Shown piece by piece: positions 1 through 10,065 of a DNA stretch of 39,416 nucleotides. The position numbers were made by a program, and so were the translations under genes. Below the pieces are notes generated by a model, which was given only the letters and a program-made list of their open reading frames with translations, searched no databases and was not told the origin of the DNA. Source of the stretch: Candidatus Geohabitans tengchongensis (GTDB lineage Bacteria; Sysuimicrobiota; Sysuimicrobiia; Sysuimicrobiales; Humicultoraceae). The stretch covers positions 1 to 39,416 of the forward strand of contig JAVKIH010000023.1 of NCBI GenBank assembly GCA_031459625.1, in the 5' to 3' direction. The number at the start of each line of letters is the position of its first letter. Positions within the stretch are counted from its first letter, which is position 1.

Positions 1-642
1 CAGGTGGTGTTCCAGCTTCGGTAGGTAGAAGTACGGCCCCGTGCCGCGCTCCAGGAGCTCGCGGGCGTTGTGGACCATGTAGAGGCCGAAGTCGAAGAGC
101 GCACCCGCGATGGGGACGCCGTCCACGGCCACGTGCTTCTCCTCCAGGTGCCAGCCGCGCGGGCGCACCAGCAGCGTGGCCGTCCGCTCCTGCAGCCGGT
201 AGACCCGGCCGTCGGGGCTGGTGAAGGTGAGGCGGCGGCGCACGGCGTCCTGCAGGTTCACCTGGCCCGCCATGATGTTCTCCCAGGTGGGGCTGAGGGC
301 GTCCTCGAAATCGGCCATGAAGACCTGCGCCCCCGAGTTGAGCGCGTTGATCATCATCTTGCGGTCGACCGGTCCGGTGATCTCCACCCAGCGGTGCTCC
401 AGGTCGGGCGGGGCCGGCGCCACGCGCCACGCCGACTCGCGCACCTCCCGGGTCTCGGGGGGGAAGCGCGGGAGCTCGCCCGCCAGCAGGGCCGCCTGGC
501 GCTCGGCCCGGCGGCGCAGCAGGCCGCGGCGCACCGCATCGAACTCCGCGTGCAGGGCGGCCAGGAAGCGCCGCGCCTCCGCGTTCAGCACCTCCTCCGT
601 CCCGGGCGGGGGCGGGGTCAGGACCTCGAGGGTGGGGGGCAT
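1..642 (-). CDS. aceB: Malate synthase A, N-terminal part (runs off the left edge)
   Basis: Not in the ORF track; translated by hand from ATG at 642 with SD GGAGGT at 651-656: [10 protein letters not shown]...[38 protein letters not shown]...[15 protein letters not shown]...[11 protein letters not shown]...[10 protein letters not shown]. These are diagnostic malate synthase A motifs. Confidence 0.95.
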   Translation of the reverse strand, partial: MPPTLEVLTPPPPGTEEVLNAEARRFLAALHAEFDAVRRGLLRRRAERQAALLAGELPRFPPETREVRESAWRVAPAPPDLEHRWVEITGPVDRKMMINALNSGAQVFMADFEDALSPTWENIMAGQVNLQDAVRRRLTFTSPDGRVYRLQERTATLLVRPRGWHLEEKHVAVDGVPIAGALFDFGLYMVHNARELLERGTGPYFYLPKLEHHL

Positions 643-756
643 GGTTCGTAACCTCCAGATGAACTACGAGGAGAGTTCCACCCGAGCGGCGCGCTCCCCT
701 CGGTGGGCGTACGAGGAGGAGCCCGTCCGGGGCGACGCGAAGGGCACAGCGACGCG

Positions 757-2157
757 ATGCCGCACCCGGCCTGGCTCCAGGAGCTGGCGCGGCGCGTCCC
801 GCGGGAGCGCCTGCTCACCCACCCGGCGGCGCTCGCGCCCTACGAGTCGGACGCGCTGACGGGGTTCCGTGCCCGTCCTGCGGCCGTGCTGCTGGCCGAC
901 ACGAAGGCGGAGGTGGTGGAGGCGGTGCGCCTCTGCCACCGCCACGGGGTCCCCTTCGTCGCCCGGGGCAGCGGCACCAGCCTCTCCGGGGGCAGCCTGC
1001 CCGTCCCGGAAGGCCTGGTCATCGCCCTCAACCGCCTGAACCGCATCCTGCGCATCGACCCGGACGAGCGGCTGGCCGTGGTAGAGCCGGGCGTCATCAA
1101 CCTGCAGGTCTCGCACGCCGCCGCGCGCTTTGGCCTGTACTACGCTCCCGACCCCTCCAGCCAGCCCGTCTGCACCATCGGCGGCAACGTGGCCTTCAAC
1201 TCCGGCGGGGCGCACTGCCTGAAGTACGGCATGACCGCCAACCACGTGCTGGGGTTGGAGGCGGTGCTGGCCGACGGCGAGGTGGTGCAGCTCGGCGGGG
1301 AGAGCCTGGAGGCGGTGGGCCCCGACCTGGTGGGCCTCTTCGTCGGCTCCGAGGGGCTCTTCGGCATCGCCCTGGAGGTGACGCTGCGGCTCCTGCCCCG
1401 TCCGGAGGCCTACCGCACCCTGCTGGCGAGCTACGTCTCGCTGGCCGCCGCCGGCGAGGCGGTGGCGCGCATCGTAGCTGCGGGGATCCTGCCGGGGGCG
1501 ATCGAGATCATGGACCGCCTGGCCATCGAAGCGGCCGAGGCGGCGGTGGGGGCGGGCTACCCCACCGATGCGGCGGCCATCCTGATCGTCGAGGTGGAAG
1601 GCGAAGCCCCGGAGACCGACGCCGAGTTTGCCCGGCTGCACGCGGTGGTGCAGGCCTCGGGCGCCACGGAAATCCGCGTGGCCCGCGACGCCGAAGAGCG
1701 GGCACGCATCTGGAAGGGGCGCAAGGAGACCTTCTCGGCGGTGGGCCGCCTCAGCACCGACTACATCACCGGGGACGGGGTCGTCCCCCGCACCCGCCTG
1801 GCGGAGGCGCTGGCCGAGATCGAGCGCCTCAGCGCCCGCTACGGCCTGCGCGTGGCCAACGTCTTCCACGCCGGCGACGGCAACCTCCACCCGCTGGTGC
1901 TCTACGACGGCCGCCGTCCCGGGGAGCTGGAGCGGGCGGAGGCGCTGGCGGGGGAGATCCTGGAGCTGTGCATCCGCCTGGGCGGCTCCATCACCGGCGA
2001 GCACGGCGTGGGGATGGAGAAGCGCGACTTCCTCCCGCGCATGTTCGGCCCCGATGACCTGGCGCTGATGCGCCGCCTGCGCCGCGCCATGGACCCGCGC
2101 GAGCTGGCCAACCGGGGGAAGGTGCTCGGTGAACCGGTCCCCGCCCTGGTCGGCTGA
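757..2157 (+). CDS. glcD: Glycolate oxidase FAD-linked subunit GlcD
   Basis: [58 protein letters not shown] motifs; first gene of a D-E-F cluster; ATG 757 chosen as start. Confidence 0.92.
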   Translation: MPHPAWLQELARRVPRERLLTHPAALAPYESDALTGFRARPAAVLLADTKAEVVEAVRLCHRHGVPFVARGSGTSLSGGSLPVPEGLVIALNRLNRILRIDPDERLAVVEPGVINLQVSHAAARFGLYYAPDPSSQPVCTIGGNVAFNSGGAHCLKYGMTANHVLGLEAVLADGEVVQLGGESLEAVGPDLVGLFVGSEGLFGIALEVTLRLLPRPEAYRTLLASYVSLAAAGEAVARIVAAGILPGAIEIMDRLAIEAAEAAVGAGYPTDAAAILIVEVEGEAPETDAEFARLHAVVQASGATEIRVARDAEERARIWKGRKETFSAVGRLSTDYITGDGVVPRTRLAEALAEIERLSARYGLRVANVFHAGDGNLHPLVLYDGRRPGELERAEALAGEILELCIRLGGSITGEHGVGMEKRDFLPRMFGPDDLALMRRLRRAMDPRELANRGKVLGEPVPALVG

Positions 2158-3316
2158 GCCCGCCGGGGTCATCCACCCGGCGCCTTTGGTGGTCCGCTCT
2201 CCCGAGGAGGCCGCCGAGGCCGTCCGTGCACACGCCCGCCTCCTGCCCCGCGGCGGCGCCACCAAGCCCCCGCTGTGTGCGCCACCCGCGGGCGCCGCCG
2301 CCCTCGACCTGCGCGGGCTGCGCGGCGTCGTCGAGTACGACCCCGCCGAGTACACCCTCACCGCGCTGGCCGGGACACCGCTCGCCGAGGTCCAGGCACT
2401 GCTCGGCCGCGCCGGGCAGTACCTCCCCTTCGACCCGCCCTTCGCGCCAGGCGGCGCGACCCTGGGCGGCACCGTCGCCGCCGGGCTGAGCGGCCCGGGC
2501 CGCCACCGCTACGGCGGGGTGCGCGACTTCGTCATCGGCGTGCGCTTCGTGGACGGCACGGGGGCGCTGGTGCGCGGCGGCGGCCGGGTGGTGAAGAACG
2601 CCGCGGGGTTCGACCTGCCCAAGCTCATGGTGGGGAGCCTGGGGCGGCTCGGCGTGCTGGTCGAGGTGAGCCTGAAGGTCTTCCCGCGTCCCGAGGCCAC
2701 CGCCACGGTGCGGCTCGACCGTCCCGCGCTGCCGGAGGCGCTCGACGCCCTGGTGCGCCTGGGGCGGGCACCCTTCGATCTGGAGGCCGTGGACCTGGAG
2801 CCGCCCGGGCGCCTGTGGCTGCGGCTCGGCGGGAACGCCTCGGCGCTTGGCGCCAGGATCGACCGGCTGCGCGCCTTCCTGGGAGGCGGCGAGGTGGTCC
2901 CCCGGGAGGAGGAGCGCCTGTGGGACGAGGCGCGCGAGTTTACCTGGGCGCCGCCCGATGCGGCCCTGGTGAAGGTCCCGCTCACCCCGCTCCGCATCCC
3001 TCCGCTGGAGGCCGCGCTGGAGCGGCAGGCAGCCCATCCGGCCGCGGGCAACCACCCCACGGGCGCCGCAGGCACATCGCCGGCCGCTGCGCCCACGCGG
3101 CGCTACAGCGCCGGCGGCCAGGTGGCCTGGGTGGCCTGGCCCCAAGACCTCGAGACCCTGCACGACCTGCTCGCCGGGCTGGGCCTGCGCGGCCTCGTCA
3201 TCCGCGCACCCCGGCCGCCGGCGCGCCTCCTGCTGGGCGCGCCGCTGGAGCAGGCCTTCCTGCGGCGGGTGAAGGCGGCCCTCGACCCCCACGGCCGCTT
3301 CCCCGAGGTGGCTTGA
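2129..3316 (+). CDS. glcE: Glycolate oxidase FAD-binding subunit GlcE
   Basis: [53 protein letters not shown]; lies between glcD and glcF; exact start uncertain. Confidence 0.9.
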   Translation: MNRSPPWSAEPAGVIHPAPLVVRSPEEAAEAVRAHARLLPRGGATKPPLCAPPAGAAALDLRGLRGVVEYDPAEYTLTALAGTPLAEVQALLGRAGQYLPFDPPFAPGGATLGGTVAAGLSGPGRHRYGGVRDFVIGVRFVDGTGALVRGGGRVVKNAAGFDLPKLMVGSLGRLGVLVEVSLKVFPRPEATATVRLDRPALPEALDALVRLGRAPFDLEAVDLEPPGRLWLRLGGNASALGARIDRLRAFLGGGEVVPREEERLWDEAREFTWAPPDAALVKVPLTPLRIPPLEAALERQAAHPAAGNHPTGAAGTSPAAAPTRRYSAGGQVAWVAWPQDLETLHDLLAGLGLRGLVIRAPRPPARLLLGAPLEQAFLRRVKAALDPHGRFPEVA

Positions 3317-4588
3317 GTGCACCACCAGATCCCCGCAGCCACCCTCGGCCCACACGGCGCGGGCATGGTCCGTGCCATCGAGACCTGCATCCACTGCGGC
3401 CTGTGTCTCCCGGCCTGCCCCACCTACCAGCTGCTGGGCGAGGAGATGGACTCGCCGCGCGGGCGCATCTTCCTGATGAAGGACGTGCTGGAGGGGCGCC
3501 TCCCGTCGGACGAGGCCACGCTGCAGTACGTGGACCGCTGCCTGGGATGCCTGGCCTGCCAGGCGGTCTGCCCGTCGGGCGTGCACTACGAGGCGCTGGT
3601 GGTCCCCTTCCGGGCGCACGCGGAGCGCCGCCGCCGCCGGCCGCTGCTGGCGCGCGCGGTCCGCGCGCTGGCCCTGCGCACGCTGCCCTACCCCGGCCGA
3701 TTCCGCGCGGCGGCGCGCGCGGGGCTGCTGGCACGGCCGCTGCGAGGCCTGCTGCCGATGCCGCTGGCCGCCATGCTGGAGCTCCTCCCCGACCACCTGC
3801 CGCCACCGGTGCCGCTGCCGGCCGTTGTCCCGGCCGAGGGCCGACGGCGGGCGCGCGTGGCCCTGCTCGTGGGGTGCGTGCAGCAGGTGCTGGCGCCGGC
3901 GATCACGGCCGCGGCCGTACGCGTGCTGACCCGCAACGGCGTTGAGGTCCTGGTCCCGCCCGCCCAGGGGTGCTGTGGGGCGCTCCCCATGCACGCCGGG
4001 GCCGACGGCCAGGCCCGGACGCTGGCCAGACAGCTCCTGGCCGCCGTCCCCCGCGACGTCGACGCCGTCGTCACCACCGCGGCGGGGTGCGGCTCGGCCA
4101 TGAAGGCCTACCCGCTGCTCTTTGCCGGCGACGGCGAGGGAGCCGGCGCGGAGGCCTTCGCCCGGCGCGTGCGCGACGTCAGCGAGGTGCTCGACGGCCT
4201 CGGCCTCATCCCGGGCGCGCGCTTTCCGGCACCGGTGCGCGTGGCTTACCACCACGCCTGCCACCTGGCGCAGGCCCAGGGGATCCGTGCAGCGCCGTGC
4301 CGGCTGCTGGCCGCGGTGGACAACGCGCAGGTGGTGGAGGTGACCGGCGGCGAGGCGTGCTGCGGCTCGGCCGGGATCTACAACCTGGAGGAGCCGGCGA
4401 TCGCCCGCGCGCTGGGCGACCGCCAGGCCGCGGCCATCCGTGCCACCGGGGCGGCGGTGGTGGCCTCGGGCAACATCGGCTGCCTGGTGCAGCTGCGCGC
4501 GGCGCTGGCCCGGGCCGGCATCCCCCTGCCGGTCCGCCACACGGTGGAGCTCCTCGACCTGGCCTACCGGGGAGCGCCGCCCGCGTGA
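3317..4588 (+). CDS. glcF: Glycolate oxidase iron-sulfur subunit GlcF
   Basis: Two CxxCxxCxxxCP ferredoxin motifs (CIHCGLCLPACP, CLGCLACQAVCP), DSPRGRI, and two CCG domains (GCCGA, YHHACHL...CCGSAG). Confidence 0.92.
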   Translation: MHHQIPAATLGPHGAGMVRAIETCIHCGLCLPACPTYQLLGEEMDSPRGRIFLMKDVLEGRLPSDEATLQYVDRCLGCLACQAVCPSGVHYEALVVPFRAHAERRRRRPLLARAVRALALRTLPYPGRFRAAARAGLLARPLRGLLPMPLAAMLELLPDHLPPPVPLPAVVPAEGRRRARVALLVGCVQQVLAPAITAAAVRVLTRNGVEVLVPPAQGCCGALPMHAGADGQARTLARQLLAAVPRDVDAVVTTAAGCGSAMKAYPLLFAGDGEGAGAEAFARRVRDVSEVLDGLGLIPGARFPAPVRVAYHHACHLAQAQGIRAAPCRLLAAVDNAQVVEVTGGEACCGSAGIYNLEEPAIARALGDRQAAAIRATGAAVVASGNIGCLVQLRAALARAGIPLPVRHTVELLDLAYRGAPPA

Positions 4589-4607
4589 GCGGGGCCGGCG
4601 TCGGGGC

Positions 4608-4680
4608 TCACCAGAGGACGTGGGTGTCGAGGAGGAGCTTCAGGTGGACCGATCCTCCCAGGCCGCCAGCTCTCCGTCAC
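4608..4680 (-). pseudogene. Relic of a type II TA pair: antitoxin C-terminus plus PIN/VapC N-terminus
   Basis: Minus strand reads ...DGELAAWEDRST* (stop 4640-4642). It overlaps CTG-AAG-CTC-CTC-CTC-GAC-ACC-CAC-GTC-CTC-TGG-TGA = (L)KLLLDTHVLW* at 4608-4643, matching the typical MKLLLDTHVLLW start of PIN toxins. Confidence 0.65.
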
Positions 4681-4712
4681 AAACCGCGCACCTGCCGATC
4701 CGGGGGTGGGCC

Positions 4713-5828
4713 ATGCCACCGATGATGCGTGCCGCCGTCCTGCCCGCGGTCGGGGCGCCGCTGCAGGTGGAGGAGGTCCCGGTCCCCGCGCCCCGCGCCG
4801 GGGAGGTGCTGGTGCGGGTGGCCGCCTGCGGCGTGTGCCACACCGACCTGCACGTCATCAAAGGCGAGGTGGCCTTCCCCACCCCCGCCGTCCTGGGCCA
4901 CGAGATCAGCGGCACGGTGGCCGCGCGTGGACCGGGCGTCGGCGGGGTGCGCGAAGGCGACCGCGTGGTCTGCGCCTTCATCATGCCGTGCGGCACCTGC
5001 GCCTTCTGCGCCCAGGGGCGCGACGACCTGTGCGCCACCTTCTTCGAGCTCAACCGGCTGCGCGGCCAGCTCTACGACGGCACCACCCGGCTGCGGCGCC
5101 CCGACGGCACGCCGCTGGCGATGTACAGCATGGCGGGACTGGCCGAGTACGCCGTGGTCCCGGCCACCGATGTCTTCCCGCTGCCTGACGAGCTGCCGCT
5201 TCCGGAGAGCGCCATCCTCGGCTGTGCTGTCTTCACAGCCTACGGCGCCGTCCGTCACCAGGCGGACCTGCGCGCCGGCGAGACGGCGGCGGTCATCGGC
5301 ACCGGCGGCGTCGGCTCGAACCTCGTCCAGCTCGCCCGCCTCGTCGGCGCGGCGCAGGTGATCGCCGTGGACGTGCGGGCGGAGAAGCTCGAAGCGGCGC
5401 GGGCACTGGGCGCCACCGACACCGTGCACGCCGGGGAGGAGGAGGTGGTCCCGGCCATCCTGCGCCTCACCGGCGGCCGGGGGGTGGACGTGGCCTTCGA
5501 GGCGCTGGGCCGCCCGGAGACGGTGCAGCAGGCCTTCGGCGCGGTAGCCGACGGGGGGCGGGTCGTCGTGGTGGGTATCGCCCCGGGCCGGGCGGCGGTC
5601 TCCGTCGAGATCACCCGCCTGGTGCGGCGCGGCGTGCGGGTGATCGGCTCCTACGGGGCGCGGGTCCGCGCCGACATGCCGCGGATCCTGCAGCTGGCGG
5701 CGGCCGCGGCCATCCGACCGGAGCGCACCATCACCCGGCGCTACCCGCTGGAGGCCGCCCCGGAGGCCTACGCCGCCCTCGACCGGGGGGAGATCGTGGG
5801 GCGTGCGGTGGTGGTGATGGGCCCCTGA
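4713..5828 (+). CDS. Zn-dependent medium-chain alcohol dehydrogenase (MDR family)
   Basis: CHTD and GHE catalytic Zn ligands, structural Zn CxxCxxCx7C (CGTCAFCAQGRDDLC), GTGGVG Rossmann motif; start at ATG 4713, 4722 or 4725. Confidence 0.9.
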   Translation: MPPMMRAAVLPAVGAPLQVEEVPVPAPRAGEVLVRVAACGVCHTDLHVIKGEVAFPTPAVLGHEISGTVAARGPGVGGVREGDRVVCAFIMPCGTCAFCAQGRDDLCATFFELNRLRGQLYDGTTRLRRPDGTPLAMYSMAGLAEYAVVPATDVFPLPDELPLPESAILGCAVFTAYGAVRHQADLRAGETAAVIGTGGVGSNLVQLARLVGAAQVIAVDVRAEKLEAARALGATDTVHAGEEEVVPAILRLTGGRGVDVAFEALGRPETVQQAFGAVADGGRVVVVGIAPGRAAVSVEITRLVRRGVRVIGSYGARVRADMPRILQLAAAAAIRPERTITRRYPLEAAPEAYAALDRGEIVGRAVVVMGP

Positions 5829-5879
5829 CCTGCTGCGGGAGGGATCGACCCCGGGCCTGGGGAACGTAGGGCTACATCC

Positions 5880-6776
5880 ATGGACGTCCTGGCCGTCCAG
5901 GTCCTCAACGCCCTGCTCTACGCGGCGGTGCTCTTCCTCATCGCCGGCGGGCTGAGCCTGATCTACGGCGTCATGCGCATCGTGAACCTGGCCCACGGCA
6001 ACCTTTACGCGCTGGGGGCCTACGTGATGGCCTGGGCGGTGGGGGTCGCCGGCGCCTCGCTCAGCGGCGGCATCCCCGGGACCGCCCCGCCCCTCCTGGT
6101 CCTGCTGCTGCCGGTGGCGGCGGCGGTCGTGGCCGTGGTGGGCGCGGTAATGGAGCCCACCCTGCTGCGCCCCCTCTACCGCCGCGCCGAGGAGTACCAG
6201 CTGCTCATCACCTTCGGGCTGCTGCTCATCCTGGAGGACGTCATGCGCATCCTCTGGGGGGCGACACCGCTGTCCGCCAGCGGGCTGTGGGCGGCGTTCG
6301 GCAGCGCCAATGTGCTGGGGGCCGTCTACCCCCGCTACAACCTCCTGGTGATCGTGCTGGGGCTGGCCGTGGCGGCGCTGCTGTGGGCGGTGGTCTACCG
6401 CACCCGCTTCGGGGTGGTGCTGCGCGCCACCTCGCAGGACCGGCGCATGGCCGCGGCCATGGGCATCGACGTGGGCCGCACCTACGTCCTGGCCTTCGCG
6501 CTGGGCACGCTCATGGCCGGGCTGGCCGGCGCGGTGATCGTGCCCATCCAGGGCGCGGTGCTCGGCATGGGCGTGGACGCCCTGGTGCTGGCCTTCGTCG
6601 TCGTGGTCATCGGCGGGCTCGGCAGCCTGGAGGGGGCGCTGGCCGGAGCGCTGATCGTGGGCATCGTGCGCACCGTGGCCATCCAGTACTTCCCGGAGCT
6701 GGAGCTGGCTGTCCTCTACCTCATCGCCGCGGCCGTGCTGGTCACGCGGCCGGCGGGGCTGTTGGGACGGGCGTGA
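5880..6776 (+). CDS. livH: Branched-chain amino acid (HAAT) type ABC permease, LivH-like
   Basis: GLSLIYGVMRIVNLAHG, LRATSQDRRMAAAMGID, VVIGGLGS motifs. Confidence 0.88.
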   Translation: MDVLAVQVLNALLYAAVLFLIAGGLSLIYGVMRIVNLAHGNLYALGAYVMAWAVGVAGASLSGGIPGTAPPLLVLLLPVAAAVVAVVGAVMEPTLLRPLYRRAEEYQLLITFGLLLILEDVMRILWGATPLSASGLWAAFGSANVLGAVYPRYNLLVIVLGLAVAALLWAVVYRTRFGVVLRATSQDRRMAAAMGIDVGRTYVLAFALGTLMAGLAGAVIVPIQGAVLGMGVDALVLAFVVVVIGGLGSLEGALAGALIVGIVRTVAIQYFPELELAVLYLIAAAVLVTRPAGLLGRA

Positions 6777-7807
6777 ACGAGGCCCAACCCACCCTGGCCC
6801 CTCCGGTGCCGACGGCGCGCCGCCCGGCGGCGGCCTGGGCGCTCGGGCCGCTGGCCCTGCTCCTCCTGCTCCTGCCCCTCCTGGAGGGCGTGCCGCTCGT
6901 CGGGGTGCTGGCCTCCCCGTTCCAGCGCATCCAGATGACCTACGGGCTGATCTTCGGCATCGCCGCGCTGGGCTTCAACCTGCTGCTGGGCTACACCGGC
7001 CTGCTCTCGTTCGGCCACTCCGCCTTCTTCGGCGGCGCCGCCTACACGGTGGGCTTCCTGGTGCGCTACCTGGGCGTCACGACCATGGAGCTCTGGCTGG
7101 CGGCTGGCGTCGCGGCCACGGTGCTGCTGGCGGCGGTCTTCGGCCTCGTCACTGTCCGGTACACGCGCATCTTCTTCTCCATCCTGATGCTGGCGCTCTC
7201 GCAGGTGCTGTGGGCGCTGGCGCTCAAGTTCTTCTGGATCACCAACGGGACCGACGGGCTGCGCATCCCCACGCCCGGGCTGCTGGGCGGGCTCGTGCGG
7301 ACCGAGGACAAGCTCGCCTTCCTGGCCACGACCTACTATTATTACGTCCTCCTGCTCTTCTTCGCCGCGGTGGGACTGCTGTGGGTCCTCACCCACTCGC
7401 CCTTCGGCTACGCGCTGCAGGCCATCCGCGACAACGAGGTGCGGGCGCGCTTCGTGGGCATCCCGGTGCGGCGGTACCGCTACCTGGCCTTCGTCGTCTC
7501 CGGCGGCGTCACGGGGCTGGCGGGGACGCTGTGGGCGCCGCTCAACGGGCTGGTCACCCCCGACATCCTCTACTGGCCGTTCTCCGGCCGCATCGTCTTC
7601 ATGGCGGTGCTGGGCGGCTTCAAGAGCTTCGCCGGTCCCATGGTGGGCGGGGTGGCCTACAACTACCTGGAGACCTACGTCATCAAGACGACGCAGTACT
7701 GGCAGGGGCTGCTGGGCGTGATCCTGGTGGCGCTCGTGCTGGTCATGCCGCAGGGGATCATCGGGGCGCTGGGGTGGTTGCGCCGGCGGGCCCGGGAGGG
7801 GGCGTGA
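6773..7807 (+). CDS. livM: HAAT ABC permease, LivM-like
   Basis: GTG start overlapping livH stop (GTGA); GYTGLLSFGHSAFFG, SPFGYALQAIRDNE, MAVLGG motifs. Confidence 0.88.
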   Translation: MNEAQPTLAPPVPTARRPAAAWALGPLALLLLLLPLLEGVPLVGVLASPFQRIQMTYGLIFGIAALGFNLLLGYTGLLSFGHSAFFGGAAYTVGFLVRYLGVTTMELWLAAGVAATVLLAAVFGLVTVRYTRIFFSILMLALSQVLWALALKFFWITNGTDGLRIPTPGLLGGLVRTEDKLAFLATTYYYYVLLLFFAAVGLLWVLTHSPFGYALQAIRDNEVRARFVGIPVRRYRYLAFVVSGGVTGLAGTLWAPLNGLVTPDILYWPFSGRIVFMAVLGGFKSFAGPMVGGVAYNYLETYVIKTTQYWQGLLGVILVALVLVMPQGIIGALGWLRRRAREGA

Positions 7808-7836
7808 TGCGGCGGCGCGCCCGGGAGGGGACGTGA
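7807..7836 (+). other. 9-codon micro-ORF MRRRAREGT formed by an imperfect duplication of the livM 3' end
   Basis: ATG 7807 overlaps livM TGA (7805-7807); its own TGA (7834-7836) overlaps livG ATG (7836). Sequence 7808-7836 repeats 7779-7807. Confidence 0.55.
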
Positions 7837-8582
7837 TGGCGCTCCTGCAGACGCAGGGGCTGCGCAAGCGCTTCGGTGCGCTGGCCGCCGTGGACGGGGT
7901 GGATTTCCGCGTCGAGCCGAAGGAGTTCCTCTCGCTGATCGGCTCCAACGGCGCCGGCAAGACCACCCTGGTGAACCTCATCAGCGGGCTGCTGCCCCCG
8001 GACGACGGGCGCATCCTCTTCCAGGAGCGCGACATCACCCACCTGCCGGTGCAGTCGCGCATCCGCGCCGGCATCGCCCGCAGCTTCCAGCTGGTCAACC
8101 TCTTCGACCAGCTCTCCGCCCTGGACAACGTGCGGCTGGCCATCTTCGCCCGCGAAGGCACCATCCGGCGCGGCCTGGCCCTGGCCGACCGCGACCGGGC
8201 GGTGCAGGAGGAGGCCTTCCGCGTCCTGCGGGACTTCGGGCTGGAGGCCAAGTGGCGCACCCCGGCGGCCGACCTGGCCCAGGGGGAGCGCAAGCTCCTG
8301 GACGTGGCCGTGGCCTACGCGCTGCGGCCCACCCTCATCTTCCTGGACGAGCCCACCAGCGGCGTGGGGACGCGGGAGAAGGGGGCGATCATGGACATCG
8401 TCGCCGGGGTGGTGCGTGAGCTGGGCCTGGCCGCGGTGATCGTCGAGCACGACATGGACATCGTCTTCCGCTATTCCGACCGCATCGTGGTGATGCACCA
8501 GGGGCGCATCCTCGCCGACGGCGCGCCCGAGGCCATCCGCGCCGACCCGCGGGTGGCGGAGACGCTGCTGGGGCACGCCTGA
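7836..8582 (+). CDS. livG: HAAT ABC ATPase, LivG-like
   Basis: Walker A GSNGAGKTT, RSFQ, LDEPTSG, VEHDM, C-terminal IRADPRVAETLLG. Confidence 0.88.
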   Translation: MALLQTQGLRKRFGALAAVDGVDFRVEPKEFLSLIGSNGAGKTTLVNLISGLLPPDDGRILFQERDITHLPVQSRIRAGIARSFQLVNLFDQLSALDNVRLAIFAREGTIRRGLALADRDRAVQEEAFRVLRDFGLEAKWRTPAADLAQGERKLLDVAVAYALRPTLIFLDEPTSGVGTREKGAIMDIVAGVVRELGLAAVIVEHDMDIVFRYSDRIVVMHQGRILADGAPEAIRADPRVAETLLGHA

Positions 8583-9319
8583 TGGTCGCCGACGTCCTGC
8601 TCGACGTCCGTGACGTGCACACCTACCGCGGGAACGCCCACGTCCTGCGCGGCGTCTCGCTGCATGTGGGAGCGGGCGAGGTGGTGGCGCTGGTGGGCCG
8701 CAACGGGGCCGGCAAGACCACCACCATGGAGAGCATCATGGGCCTGCTGCCGGTGCGCGCCGGGCGCATCACCTTCGCCGGGCGCGATCTCACCCGCCTG
8801 GGGCCCCACGAGCGGGCCCGCCTGGGCCTGGCCTACGCCCCCGAGGACGCCGGGGTCTTCCCGGACCTGACCGTGGCCGAGAACCTGAGCCTGGGCCTGT
8901 GGCTGGGGGGCGCACCGCGCGGCGACGGTCAGGAGGCCGCGGACGCGCCGGACCGCCGACGCCAGGTCTTCCAGCTCTTCCCGCACCTGGAGGCGCTGCT
9001 GGACCGGCGCGGGCTCCACCTGAGCGGCGGGGAGAAGAAGATGCTGGCCATCGCCCGGGCCATGGCCCTGGGGCCGCGCCTGCTCCTCCTGGACGAGTCC
9101 TTCGAGGGGCTCGCCCCGGTGGTGGTGCAGCGCTTCGCCGACGCCGTCCTGCAGATCCGGGCCATGGGGGTCTCGCTGCTCGTCGCCGAGTCCAACGTCA
9201 TGACCGCCAGCCGGGTGGCCCAGCGCTTGTACGTGATCGACCGCGGTGAGATCATCTTCGAGGGCAGCCCGCAGCAGGCGTTCGAGGACGCCGAGGTGAT
9301 GCGCACGATCAGGGGGTAG
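8582..9319 (+). CDS. livF: HAAT ABC ATPase, LivF-like
   Basis: GRNGAGKTT, LSGGEKKMLAIARA, LLLDESFEGLAP; TGATG coupling with livG. Confidence 0.88.
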   Translation: MVADVLLDVRDVHTYRGNAHVLRGVSLHVGAGEVVALVGRNGAGKTTTMESIMGLLPVRAGRITFAGRDLTRLGPHERARLGLAYAPEDAGVFPDLTVAENLSLGLWLGGAPRGDGQEAADAPDRRRQVFQLFPHLEALLDRRGLHLSGGEKKMLAIARAMALGPRLLLLDESFEGLAPVVVQRFADAVLQIRAMGVSLLVAESNVMTASRVAQRLYVIDRGEIIFEGSPQQAFEDAEVMRTIRG

Positions 9320-9323
9320 CACC

Positions 9324-10043
9324 ATGCGTGGCGTGCCGCTGCGTCAGATCGGCTCCGCCGCGGTCGGCGCGGTCCGGCGCCGCCGCGGGACGGTCTTCCT
9401 CGTGGTCCTGGCCATCCTGGCCCTGAACCTGATCCTGCCGCCGCTCGTCCTCTCCGTGGCCCGCAAGCCCGCCGACCACATCTCGCTCAACCCCTGGCTG
9501 CGCCGCGTCCCCGCCTGGCTGCGCGACGACCCCGCCCCCTGGACGGAGAAGGCGCGCTTCCTGGCCAACGCGGCGCTGCTGTGGTTCGTCGCCTCGGGCG
9601 AGTACGACGCCGCCGAGTGGGGCTTCACGGTGACCACCCGCGACGTGGGACGGTGGCTGCTCATGGGCGTGCTCTTCGGCGCCTACACCGCCCTGTGGCT
9701 GGAGCGCCGCGCCCAGCTGCGCGCGGGCGTGGCGGGCGCCGGCCGGCGCGGCGGCCCGGCCGGGACGGCCGGCGCGGTGCTCTCCACGCTGGGCTTCTCC
9801 ACCATGCCGTGCAGCGTGGCGGGGTGCGGCGCTCCGGTCCTGCCGGTCCTGGGGCTGGCCCTCACCGGACTCAGCAGCGGGACGATCTCGCTGATCTCCG
9901 GCCTCTCCCGCGTGCTGATCTGGGTGGTGCTGGCCGCCGTCGTGGCGGCGGTGTGGGTGCTGGCCCGCCAGGTCGCCGCGGCAGGCGCCGCGGCGCCCCC
10001 GCACCGGAGCCCCTCTCCCTCCGGCGCCGTGCCCGCAGGGTAG
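9324..10043 (+). CDS. Uncharacterised membrane protein (3-4 hydrophobic segments, PCSVAGCGAP motif)
   Basis: Begins 4 nt after the livF stop with SD AGGGG; GC3-biased codons; several hydrophobic stretches. Confidence 0.8.
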   Translation: MRGVPLRQIGSAAVGAVRRRRGTVFLVVLAILALNLILPPLVLSVARKPADHISLNPWLRRVPAWLRDDPAPWTEKARFLANAALLWFVASGEYDAAEWGFTVTTRDVGRWLLMGVLFGAYTALWLERRAQLRAGVAGAGRRGGPAGTAGAVLSTLGFSTMPCSVAGCGAPVLPVLGLALTGLSSGTISLISGLSRVLIWVVLAAVVAAVWVLARQVAAAGAAAPPHRSPSPSGAVPAG

Positions 10044-10065
10044 GGCTGCGGCCGCCGCGCGCGGG

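Noticed and set aside
643..756. Repeated TACGAGGAG and an imperfect CCACCCGAG/CTCGGTGG hairpin in the aceB-glcD divergent spacer
   Set aside because: Only 9 bp repeated twice, with no recognisable GlcC/IclR operator; insufficient support.
664..5996. Long antisense or alternate-frame ORFs (664..2472, 1991..4540, 4677..5996, and similar ones throughout, e.g. 21780..23585, 32428..34365)
   Set aside because: Shadow ORFs expected at very high GC; Arg/Pro/Gly/Ala-rich, with no motifs, and overlapping well-supported genes.
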